Shown here: positions 49,931 to 64,000 of the stretch, piece after piece
Layout: every line of letters begins with the position of its first letter
Numbering within the stretch: the stretch's first letter is position 1
Assembly: GCF_009914755.1 (NCBI RefSeq)
Contig: NC_060938.1
Source of the DNA: the human T2T-CHM13v2.0 reference genome, Homo sapiens
Strand: one strand, 5' to 3'
DNA length: 64,000 nt
Notes under the pieces: generated by a model
Database searches by the model: none
Told to the model about the DNA's origin: nothing
What the model saw: the letters and a program-made list of their open reading frames with translations, nothing else
Position numbers and translations under genes: made by a program

Positions 49931-50786
49931 ATGCAGGGCCTACATGTACTAGGCATTCTAGCTGGTGGGGAGGTTATTGATAAGACACAAGTCCCTGCCT
50001 TTAGGAAGTTGGCAGTATAACAGGGACGACGGGTGAAGTAAGAGATGCCCACAAAACAACGAGGTGATGGCAAAGCTATTCACGGAAGCTAGTGGGCATC
50101 TATGAGGAACCACTAACTCAGCCCAGGGGAATCAGAGATGCCTTCTATAGGAGGAGGAGACCCTGGCAACATGGAGAAATTTATAATCCTGGTCCAACTG
50201 GACAAAATAAAAAGTCATAAGACTGGTTCTTGTCCATTGTAACCTAGTTGCGGGAGTGGTTACTGCTTCTTTAGAGGCCCTCATGGAATTCCAGGCTTGT
50301 ATGTATTTTTTGGGCATTTCCTCCCCTCTTTCTTTCTTGCTTCCTGGGTAAAAAATAAGATGAAAGACTATTAAGAAGACAAGAGTTCAAGAAGATGCTG
50401 AAGTCAGGGGCTGGTTACTTAATCCACCCAGTTTGAAGAACTCAACATCAAGGTGACAGAAGAGATACAAATAATGAGTCAGGCAGGAGGAGGAAAACTC
50501 AGATTCTAGCAACCTGGAACACTGCCCAGAGTCCAGGGCCTCCCAGCTGCCAAGCAGGAGAGATGGGCTCAATGCTTTCTGCAGGACTGGCAGAGGGATT
50601 CAGAGTCCTCGCTGCAGACCTGCAACTGGCTTGCTCACTGTGGAGGGCTGGGTTCCCTACAGAGAAGGTGCCCTCAGCCCCATCCCAGCTCTGATCCCAG
50701 ACTTTGATCTCCAGGAATTACAGAAGTCTCTCCTTCACTTCCTCCCCTTGGCAATGACAGCAGATCTCTTTGGGATGGGGGGCAGT

Positions 50787-51578
<792 letters not shown>

Positions 51579-52399
51579 AGACAGACATTATACAGAAAGA
51601 CCAGACAGCAGGGACATACCCTTAAAGAGAAAAGCTTTTAAACAGCAGCCAGGCAACACACACCAGGAGCCCAAAAGAGTGTCTGTCCACAGGCCTTGCG
51701 GGACACCAGATGGAGGGAAGGGATGGCGCTCTCTAGAAGAGGGTAGTGAAGGTGAGGTCACTAGTGTGTTCACCTGGTTAGCAAAGTTCCACACCACATA
51801 GCCGCTTCGCACTTCTTCCAGCTTCCCAACCCTAGTTGGGATCCCACAGCTAGAGTGTTCCTATTTCCTCTTCCTCCATTTGGTAATTCAATACAGTAGC
51901 AAACAGCCTTGCCTTGTAACTCTAGCAGTGTTTTTCCTCTTTCCTTTTAGAGAAATCCAGGGCAAAAGATACAATATCCCTCCTTCATCTAATCCAGGTT
52001 CTCCCCCAGTCTCCCCTGTATTCCTTACAACTTCAGGCCCACCCACACAACCCAGATACGCAAACACTGGCCCAAGAATCACTAACTTCTTGCAAGGCGA
52101 GTGGAGTGCCAGGATGTTCACAGACATGAATCCTTTATTTTCTGCCCCCATGATTTTGTTGGTCTCCTTATTTCACTGGCCAGAAGCCACAATCAAAGGC
52201 CATAAAAGAAGTCAAGATAGAAAGCTACGAGATTATTATCCCAAGAGTCCTGAGTCTGAGTACACTCTTCACATCAGAGGGGACAGAGTGGCCCCACCGT
52301 GTACTGTCCTGTGGTAGACAACACCAAAAACACCTTGGAAGAGCTTGTCCTGTATCCTTCCGGGCTCAGTCAACCCATTTTTAACCCTAAATCAATATA

Positions 52400-52731
52400 C
52401 AGTCATGTGCTACATAATGACATTTTGGGCAACAACAGACTATTTATACCTTGGTGGTCCCATAAGATTATAAGACCATATTTTTACTGTATCTTTTCTC
52501 TGTTTAGATATGTTTAATGCACAAATACAACTGCCTACAGTGCTCAGTACAGTAACATGCTGTATAGGTTTGTAGACTAGCAGCAACAGGTTACACCATG
52601 TAGCCTAGGTGTGTAGTAGACTATGCCACCTAGTTTCATGTCAGTACACTCTATGATGTTTGCATAATGACTAAATCATCTAAGGATACATTTCTCAGAA
52701 TGTATCCCCATCATTAAGCAATGCATGACAG
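52400..52731 (+). mobile_element. Tigger3/MER7-like DNA transposon
   Basis: TIRs cagtcatg...catgacag flanked by TA. Confidence 0.8.
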
Positions 52732-54136
52732 TATTATAGATTATAGGTAAAAGAGACAATTTAAAATTAATTTCTTTAGTGCCTTTTGAAATAGAACACC
52801 AATGAATCATTAGCATAAACAAATAAATCTTCATTTAGAAGGTTTTAAGGATGGGTTGGGGAGTCGTGGAGCTGGTTTTAAGTCCCTGCAATCGTCCAGA
52901 GCTGAGGCTGTGATCTTATCACTCTTCCCCTCAACTCTACCTAGTAGCACCTGGTAAGTGAAGGATGATGTGGGTTTCTGGAGTCTTTTTCGGGCGTGGA
53001 ACAAGTGAACGGAGCTCAGAGGAGCTTGTGTAAGGTGTGAAGTGGTAAGAATGGGGAGGAGGATCACCAGCAGCATGAAGGGAAGGAGGCAGAGTCGGCT
53101 CTCTCAGAGGGACCTGGCAGGTCTGAATCTGAGAATCACAGAACTTTTGAACTTGAGGAACTCAGCGGCCATGGTGCCCTTCCCAGCTTAGTCACGTACT
53201 CTCAGTTAACCTCTCTGAGCCTCCCTTTTCTCCATGTAAAACCTATGGTCCATTTGAATCATGTGACGATACTCTGTATCCTGTGTATTGTTGCATAAAA
53301 TGTTAAATGATTATTTTTATTGTTCATCTTAAGAAACTGCAGACTAAGAAAGTCAAAAAGAGCATGTGATTTGCTCAGGATCATGCTGACACTCACAGGC
53401 AAAGCAGAGTGGCGGGGAATGGGAATGGTTTGAAGGATTTTAGAGACCATATCATGCATCAGACCACATTGTACATCGTGCCCCTGACCCTTCTCAATTT
53501 CTAATCTGTTTCATCTTTTTCTCTGGAGGATGCTCCTTCACAAATGACCTGCTCTGGGGTCCTTCAACCCAGCTGTCTGGAAGTTGGGAGTGGGTCACAG
53601 GTACAGGCTGTGGGGCTGGGGAGCACAGGCTAACGCACTGGACCAGAAGCCCAGATGGTCAAACATATTCCCGTGCCTCAGTTTCCACTAGTGAAGAAAA
53701 TACCACCAGGTCTTATAAGTCACGTGCCTCTGTCTGCTAGGGAGGAACACCCTGCAGAAAGCTGAAGAGCTGTGCGGTTGCTGCCCGTGCTGCCCCACTC
53801 CTCAGGCCCCACGGAGACTGTCCACAGCCAGCGGTGCACACGCAGCCATAAACAATCCCCTGGTGGCTGGTGTGGCCTTGAGGTCCTGTCTGGCACACAG
53901 TAGGCGCTAAAGCTTACTGAATGGAAACGACAGATAGATACATCTACACAGAAAATTCAAGGAGGGTGCACATAGAAGCCACCGTGCTGCTCTAGGGAGT
54001 AAATATCAGGTTTAATATGTCATAGGATGGCCCATGAAGCAAGGCCAGCAAGTGCCCCGGATGCCAGACAGAGTTGTGGGGAGAGGGTACATATTGTGGC
54101 TGTCTCTCCTTCCTCTAGGAAAGCTCACAAAGTACA

Positions 54137-55372
<1,236 letters not shown>

Positions 55373-55774
55373 TGATGTTTTCAGGTGCTCCCTTGCTTTG
55401 GATACAGGACTCTGGCTTCTCATTGAGCTGGGCCAGCAGGGGGTCATTTTGTGCCTCCCTCAGGGAGCCAATGAACATTCCCACATGGATCCCTGAACCA
55501 ATCTCATTTCTTCTACTAAGCCAGCTGCCACTCGATGAGCCACACTATTCTGGTCTGACAGGGTAAAGGTTGGGATAGGGCCACCTGGATACGGGGCTGG
55601 ATTGGTTGTTATAAGGACAGTGCTAAGAAGAATGAACCAGTTGGGACTCTCCTTGTAGTCAACTCTTGGCCCTAGAGGTAAATATTTGAAGCCTGCGCCC
55701 TACCACCCAAGGCTTGTGTCCAGCCTCATGGGTGATCAGAAGGCAGGAATGACCTTAGAGACCCAGAACCTCAT

Positions 55775-55935
55775 TTTATTTTTCTTTTACAGATGGGAGT
55801 CTCATTCTGTCGCCCAGGCTGAAGTGCAGTGGCATGATCATAGCTCACTGCAGCTTCCCAGTCCTGGGCTTGAGCGATCTGCCTGACTCGGCTTCCCAAA
55901 GTGCTAGGATTACAGTTGTGAGCCACCATGGCGGC
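55775..55935 (-). mobile_element. Alu monomer-sized element
   Basis: Flanked by cccagaacctcattttat duplication. Confidence 0.75.
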
Positions 55936-56918
55936 CCCAGAACCTCATTTTATATGTGAGTGAATTTAGACCCCAGCTAATTCGCAGCAAAGACCAGACT
56001 GGGACAGCCCAATTCCCAGTTGCTTGTTCTGCCTCTGCCCCGCCTTCCTTCATTATACACAGATCACTCTGCTTTCCCTTGGCCGCTCCCACATCATCTC
56101 TCCTCCTGCTTGGGTCAGTGGTACCCATGGTCACTACTGCCAGTGCCACTTGGGACTCTGGGTCTGTCACCAAGACACTGGTTAGCCCCAGCCTGGACTG
56201 CTTTCTGTGCAGCAGGAAGGAAGATGCCAATATGGCAAAAGGGGAAGACTTTCACAGTTATGCCTCAGAAACCAAGAAAGGTGCATCCATTGCTCCCAGG
56301 GCTTTAGAAAGTCATTTCCCACAGGGATCTCCACCTTGGGTCCCCTCCCACCAGCCCCCTTAATCAATGTCACAGTCACATGTTCCCTCCAAACTCCCGG
56401 AACTCCATTTGGATTTCTCGGTCTCGCTGGCTTGCACCTTTCTCAGGAGTGGACTGGACTGGCTTGGAAAGGCTTGGTTTTCCTTTAACATTTCCAGAAC
56501 CAGGCCACTCCTCCTTGTCTGTTCAGATAAGTGAAAACAGGCAGTAGAAAGGGGGAAAAATGTCCAGACTTGCCAAAGTCCATAAAGACAGATGGTGAAG
56601 AAGAGAGGGAAAGAGCACAAGAAACCACAGGGCGGGAGAGAGCAAGGGGAGGACAATGCAGATGAGTGGGAGAGAAAAAGGGCTTGAGAGGAGCAGAACA
56701 GAGAGAGGCCAGGACTGAAAACAGCAAGATGGAATGTACTAAGCAGACGGTTGCTGAAAAAGGAAGCAGTGACGCCACTTTGTAGAAATCAGAACGCCCT
56801 GTTCCTCTCCAAACCTGCAAAACAGGCACCTTTCTGGATGGAGCTCCCCAGCCCTCTGAAACGCCATAAATTTCACCTGGGTCATGGCCTGCCAGAAGGG
56901 TTGGCTTCTCAGCCTCAC

Positions 56919-57190
56919 CTTTTGCTGGGGCGTTCACTTCTCTGCCTTCTGCCACGCTCTGGCCAGCTCCCACAGACTCCCTCCCCTCCAGCTGGAGCAA
57001 AAGGGGTGAGGCATGTCCCTCCCAGCAGCCCTCTGGGTCTGGGTGCCCAGGCTGGAGGTTGGAGCCGCTGGGCAGGGAAGCCGGGCCTGTGGGGGCGTGG
57101 GTGTGGCTACGCTCGGCTCTGTGATTGGCTGCACCGAGTTCCTTGGCCGCCTCCCCCGCTTGTGGAAGGAACTGAGCACGTGTTTCTAAT
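56919..57190 (-). promoter_or_regulatory. SLC7A8: Candidate internal SLC7A8 promoter and non-coding first exon
   Basis: CpG-enriched; E-box CACGTG at 57177, CCAAT (-) at 57124-57128, GC/CACCC boxes at 57091-57106, donor AAG|gtgagg at 56919. Confidence 0.55.
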
Positions 57191-57826
57191 TGTGGAAAAG
57201 CCGCTTCGGCTTGGCCTGTCCAACCGCAGGCGTTTCCAGATCTAGGAGGTAAGCAGTGCCGGCTGCCAAAAGGCGCTCATAGGCAAAGAAAACACGGAGG
57301 CCTGTTTGACCTCTAACGCACACAACCCAAGGCTCTGATAAGGTTCCAGTTCTGCCCACGCAGGCCACACGGAACAGTCTTTCCTCGTCAAAGACCCAGA
57401 GAGGCCTGGAGGTGTGGGGGAGTGGGCAGACACGGATCCAGCTTCACAGAACCCTCCTAGAATCCTTCTCTATTCCCCGCCCACCCCCACCTCAAGACAT
57501 TTTTTAGAGCGGGTGAGGGGCCCACATTATAAAGTCCTTCCGCACCTGGATTATTGTACATGTAACATAACTTGTCTGATAAAGTTATACATATAACTTG
57601 ACTGGTGAAAGAGAAAAACGTTAAAAAAAAAAAACCCACAAAAAGCCACACAACAGACAAAAAAAAAAAAAAAAAAAAAATCAAAGCAGCCCTTCCTCAT
57701 AAACTGCGCTTTGATCCCAGCTTCTATAAAGTGCACAGTGGGGAGTGTGGTTTTGAAACAGATCTTGCCTATCGCACGATAGTAACATTTCCCCTTCTCC
57801 AGCCCTTTTCATCTCGAAGCACTTAC

Positions 57827-58019
57827 AACGTTTTAGAAATCTCGGAACCCCCTCCAAAGGAGAGGAGGTGCTCTGAGCCTTCCGGAAGGGCCTCTCTCTT
57901 CCAAGGACACACCAGCAGAGGAGGAGGGTGCAGAGAAGCTGTGAGGGCTGTGAGTGCTCCTGGAGGCACACAGCTTTTACCAAACACTTCCAGCTAAGCT
58001 CCTGCCCATACTGCCCCAT
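57827..58019 (-). CDS. SLC7A8: Candidate alternative first coding exon of SLC7A8 (64 aa, gives a 430-aa isoform)
   Basis: ATG at 58019; MGQYGQELSWK...PRFLKR then T|gtaagt; phase 1 matches the exon 4 acceptor. Confidence 0.6.
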
Positions 58020-58623
58020 CCCCTCCCCTCCTCCCTTCCTGGCTCTCTCTTCCCCTTCCTTCTTATCCTGTTAGCTCCTGCGCCAGCTGCTGGAGCTGGG
58101 GTTTCTGCTGAATCACCACCCAGTATTTAGCTCAGCCAAGAGGCAGGAATACCCAGCTCAGCATTTTCCAAGAGCTGAGTAGTTCTCTCTTCAGCATGAG
58201 CTAAACATGGCTCCTCAGCTGGCCTGGATCGGGGAGAAGCGAAAAACTGGACACCAAGAAATCCAGGGTGGCCTGCCATGCCACCCTGGGGAACCCTATT
58301 TTAATCCTACTCATTACTTTTTCAGCCTGGGCCTGAAAAATTGCTATCTCACACACCAATTCTCAGGGCTGATGTCCCCCGAGACATGGAGCAAGGTGGA
58401 TGAGAATGGGTTCTGTTGAGTCTGCACTGAGCCCAGGAGGGCTAGCCTGACCCTCCATCATATTTCAGTCTTGGAAGACAGGGTGTGGATCCTGTGAGGT
58501 TTAGTTGGTTCTTGGACCAGAAGGCTTGTAGGCTCTGTTGGTGTTCACTAAATTCTATAAACCTGGACCCAGGCTGCAAAATTCCCCCAAAACGGTTCAG
58601 TTATAACCCAATTCCAAGGGTAG

Positions 58624-58971
<348 letters not shown>

Positions 58972-58972
58972 T

Positions 58973-59075
58973 AATAAGGAACACTTTGTGAATTTGCATG
59001 TCATCTGTACATGGGGCCATGCTAATCTTCTCTGTACTGCTCCAATTTTAGTATATGTGCCGCTAAAGTGAGCAC
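58973..59075 (-). pseudogene. U6 snRNA processed pseudogene
   Basis: Minus strand reads gtgctcactttagcggcacatatactaaaattggagcagtacagagaagattagcatggcccc...atgacatgcaaattcacaaagtgttcc; full length, many substitutions, no obvious PSE/TATA. Confidence 0.93.
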
Positions 59076-59899
59076 AACTTGCTGAACTCTTATAACAGAG
59101 ATGCCCTTTTTTCTTTCCCCCAAAGCTCCAAGTACCACTGGGCCTCACTCCCATAAGCCTTCTGATTTTATGTTCTTAGGTATGTGATATAAATTTGGTG
59201 TGTCACATTAACCCTTAAAAGTTTACCAGACACAATTAATGGGTGACTTTATTTAAACCATGGGCCCTGGCTCCTCTGAGAAAAACAAAGTGATCCTTGA
59301 CAGTCAGCAACAAAAGGCCAGAGAATTTAAGTTTCTAGGCTGGTACAAGAAAGTAGGCAAATCTCTACCACACCTGGTGGAAGCTGAACTCCAAAACAGT
59401 TTCCTGTTTCAGGAAACCTCAATCTCATTCACTGTTCTTCCAATCAGAAGTAGACATATTCCCAGAACAAGCCCCTCATTCCTCCATTTCCAGGGTGTGG
59501 GCACACACACTCTCTGAACAGCAGAACTTCTGTCTGAGAGTAGAAGCTGAAGAGCAGAAGAGACACTATGGGAATCAGGAAAGAGGAGGTGATCTGGGCC
59601 AGCAGTTGAAGCACATTGAAACGAAGAAGAAGGCTGACTTCTCAGGTAACTTACTTACTCTGCCATTGTAGACATAAGAGTCCAAAAGCACAGGGGATGC
59701 TTTCTCAAGTCCCAGCAAGTCTTAAGTGTTGAAGAGTGAGTAGAAAGGGTGACAAGGACAGAGGGGTCAACTTGACCAGTCTGAACCACACCAATTCAGA
59801 TGATACAACAATACGTACAGACAATACGACCCAGTGTTGTCCTTGATTTACTTCACCTGTATCCCCAACAAGACCATGCAGTCCTTGACTCCTTCAACC

Positions 59900-60660
59900 T
59901 TAATCACCAAGGCCTACCAATTCTACCTCCTAAATGCCAAATGCATCTACTTTTCTCTACTCCCACTGCCCCAAGATGCACATGATAGTCATCTGCAATC
60001 TGAATCCTTACAACTGAATTGTAATCATCTTTTCTTGCCTCTGATCTTATTCCCCTCACCAATCCATCCTTTAGCTTTGCAGCATGACTCTCCTAAAATA
60101 CAGATATGATCATGTCGGTCTTCTGTCTGAAACCCTTCAAACCTCATTCCTCCTAAGGGAAAGCCCAATCTCTTTATGGCCCATGAGGCTTTTCATTATG
60201 GGGTCCTTGCTTCTATTATATATTTCTTGCCTCCTAGTCTATGGTGTGGCTATACTGAACAACCTGTAGTTCCCACAAACAACTGTGATTTTTCCTGTCC
60301 TCAGACCTCGACACATGTTAATTCCTTCTGCTAGAACATTCTCCCCACCCCATTCTACTCCACCCTCCCTCCGTGCTGAATATTGCCTGACTATGTCCAA
60401 CTGGTCTTTCAGTCTCAATTTACATGTCACTTTCTCCAAGAGCTTCTTCAACCCCAGTCCCATCCTCACTTTTCTTGCAGGAGCTGCCTGGATGCTGGCC
60501 TCCTGGGGAACTGGAACTCCAGTTTGAACTGAAATTCCCTGTATACTTGTCAGGAACATCCACTGGACTGTGGGTTCCTTGGTACAAAAACTAAGTATCC
60601 CCATGCCTGCCACAGTGCCTGGAGCAGAACAGACACTCAAATATTTAATAACGTATGACT
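59900..60660. mobile_element. L2 fragments
   Basis: Degenerate L2-like motifs (ctagaacattctcccc, aatttacatgtcacttt, cacagtgcctggagcagaacagacactcaaatatt). Confidence 0.55.
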
Positions 60661-61007
60661 GATTGTGTATTACCCGCGGCATCAATAGAGGACACACAGG
60701 TGGGTGTAGTATAATATGTGTTAAGAAAGAAGGCTAAATCTGCTGCTGCTGCTTCACATGAGAATGAGAGTCTTTCGGTTTATTGTTGTCTCCCCCGTGC
60801 CAAGAACAGTAACTAGCCCATCATGGGCACTGATAAGTGTTTGTTGAGTGAATAAAGTGTTGCATTTATATAACATTTCCCAAGAGTCCCAATCCCTTTC
60901 TAAGTTATACTGCTCTAGAGCAGGCAAAATTTTGAGCAGGATCCTGGGAGCACCACCCTGGGGAAGGTTCTAACCAGAGACCTGCTCAGCACCCCTCGGG
61001 GCTCTAG

Positions 61008-61304
<297 letters not shown>

Positions 61305-62949
61305 GACATAGAACACATTCTAACTGCTTGTCATCAATGCTGGGAACATTTAAGTTGAAACGTATTTCATTTTGATTTGGGGACAAACTTGATTCCTTCC
61401 CTTAGTAGTCAATTAATCAATATGTCCAGCTGATTCTACTCCTAAATCTTTCTTGTTTTTGTCATCTCTCCATCCTTGTTACTTCATTCTTAGTTCAGGC
61501 TACCATCTCTCTGGCCTGGACAAATGCCTAGCCTGCTTGTCTCTCTGCTTCAAGTTTCAGTCTTTTCTTTCCCAAATGTGAACCTAATCATGTGACTCCT
61601 CTGCTCAAAATCTTTCAGTGATTCCCTGTTCCTTGGATAAAATCTACTTACCTTTCAACATTTAGCTCAAGCTGGGAGCCTTTCCAAGCACTGTCTTCCC
61701 AACTTTGAAGCCCCGTTCTCTGTGTTGCCCACATTTTTTCCCCATCACATTGTATTGTAATGATGTGTTTTTGCATACGATTCTCTTCACTAGACTAATC
61801 TTTTCTAAGACTCTATAAATCATACCTTATCTCCCCTTAGTGTAGGAGTTCAGTATGGTAATTAGCTGATGGATTTTTTTAGTTTCTTTCTCTTTTCCAA
61901 AAAAAATCTGCTTACAGGATAATTTTCATCTTAATGCATCATAAAAATGAAAAATGAGATGTTAGTCAAACTGTCCATTGAGTAAAAATCAAGAGATTTT
62001 CAATACATTTAGATTTTAAATGCTGGCTAGTTAGAAGGCGTACAGAGAAAAATGGAGTCTTGGATATATGGGAATCAAATGTAGGCCAGTCTGTATTTGT
62101 CTGAATTCATATAAACGAGGCTGATCGGATACCCGAAGAACTCTCTGGGGACTAGGGAAGGGCAAGAAGGCAGTGCTGCCCAGGTATCTGAAGGAAAATG
62201 TTTAGTGTCTGGGGAGGAGCAGTTTGGGGGTAGAGAATGTGAAGGCTCAAGGGAAAATAAACTGAGGTTAAGGGATTTGGATGATAGGAAAGACTATTGA
62301 ATGCTCTGAGGTCAAGGGATTGATTAAATTTGCAAGAGACTTGCAAAACAACTCACGAGTTTCTCTGTGACAGCATTCTGCACCAGGCAGTTGGAGGCTT
62401 TCTGCAGAGGAATTGCAAAGCAACTCAGGAGTTTGAAGCAACACATGAAGTCCTTTCCTTTCCAAATAGCTCAAGGAAGAAGAGCTATCTGAAGCCCTGG
62501 AAAAAGCTAGCCTCTTAGGAATCTCAGTAGAAAGATAGAAAACAAGATTAGAAGCATTTTTTCCTTGAGAGATGCATACAGGATATTTCTTTCTCCTGAG
62601 GGTGAGGAAGGAGAAGGAACTTCTTTAGGTCAAGACATTCAGGGAGAAGTGGGGAACTTGAATAAAAAGAATTGATTCCACTTCAGGTGCTGGACATGAC
62701 TCCAACCCCAAATGAGAGGAAGGAGGCCAGGAGGGGACTGAATGAAAGGTGATCCAGTCTCCAAGAGAATGGGGAGCAAACGGATCCCAAAGGAAAATGC
62801 AGAGTTGCACAGATGCACAGATGGAAGCCTGGGAAAGGGTGTCCCCTGGACCCAGTGCTTCCTCTGGATCATTGTGGACGCTTTGTTTACAACTAGAGAC
62901 CCAGGTAACAGCCAAAAGATGTGGCTACAGGATAAAACGGCAAGCTGTA

Positions 62950-63338
<389 letters not shown>

Positions 63339-64000
63339 CTAGGACTGCAGCTACTGGCCAGCGGCTGATGATAAGGGCGGCTATCGCTGCTGGCTCTATA
63401 TCTTACTTGGATCTTTTATATGGGGAATATAGTCATTTACTCATGAAATAATACAAAAGGAGAAAAACACACAAGCAGATCACAAAAGGTATCAAAACCA
63501 AGTTCTAACACTTCCCAGTCCCCTCCTAACTCCCTCCACTCCCACTAATATACTGGTTCTGGAGAAGAGAGAAAGGCTTTTTATTTAATTAAAATGTAAA
63601 ATACTTTCTCTCTCTCTCTCTCTCTTTTTTTTCTTTTCTTTTTTTACTGCTGGGTGGCTAGGGATATTCTGCTGACTCAGCAGTGAGTAATCAGCTTTGA
63701 CCTAAATAATAGAATAACTCGAAGTGGCAGCTGCAGTTGCATAAGTGTGATCCAAGTCTGCAGTTCCTTCCCTCTCCCTCTCCTCTCCCCGACCCGCTCA
63801 GGATCCGGCAGGCAAGCCAGTTTCAGCAGGTTCTTTCCACCTCTCCACCCCCACCACCTGGCTCCTCCCAACTTCATTTCTCATCAGTTCTCCTCCAAAA
63901 CAGCCCCACCATGGAACCAGACTTGGCCTCATCTCCTCCCTCCCCCAGCAAACCCTCGCCACGGGCTTTACCACACAGGCTCTCCCTGCTGGGCCCTGTG

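Noticed and set aside
57540-57680. A-rich runs resembling a retrocopy tail or Y-RNA remnant
   Set aside because: No convincing match to a small RNA and no TSD
59520-59651. Possible + strand exon ending CAG|gtaact (antisense lncRNA)
   Set aside because: A single donor-like site with no promoter or partner exon

Overview
Human (primate) genomic DNA from the 14q11.2 C14orf119-CIROP-CEBPE-SLC7A8 neighbourhood. Left to right: (1) the coding exon of C14orf119 (+, 140 aa). (2) A compact 16-exon minus-strand gene that the ORF track breaks into fragments. Spliced by hand it gives one open 2367-nt frame (788 aa): a leishmanolysin/M8-type metzincin with a poly-Leu signal peptide, an RCLHD cysteine switch, HELLH...H...Met-turn zinc site and a C-terminal TM helix. 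This is CIROP/LMLN2. Two of its possible exons are the two arms of one antisense Alu. (3) A repeat-rich spacer with an ERV1 solo LTR, a 5'-truncated SVA, a 52-bp VNTR and candidate myeloid enhancers. (4) CEBPE (-, 2 coding exons, 281 aa) with a DR5 element and an upstream CTCF motif. (5) The 3' part of SLC7A8/LAT2 (-, exons 4-11), with two candidate internal first exons, a dense Alu cluster and a U6 retrocopy sharing a target-site duplication with an Alu. Gene names come from recognising the translated proteins; no database search was run. Repeat boundaries and subfamily calls are approximate.
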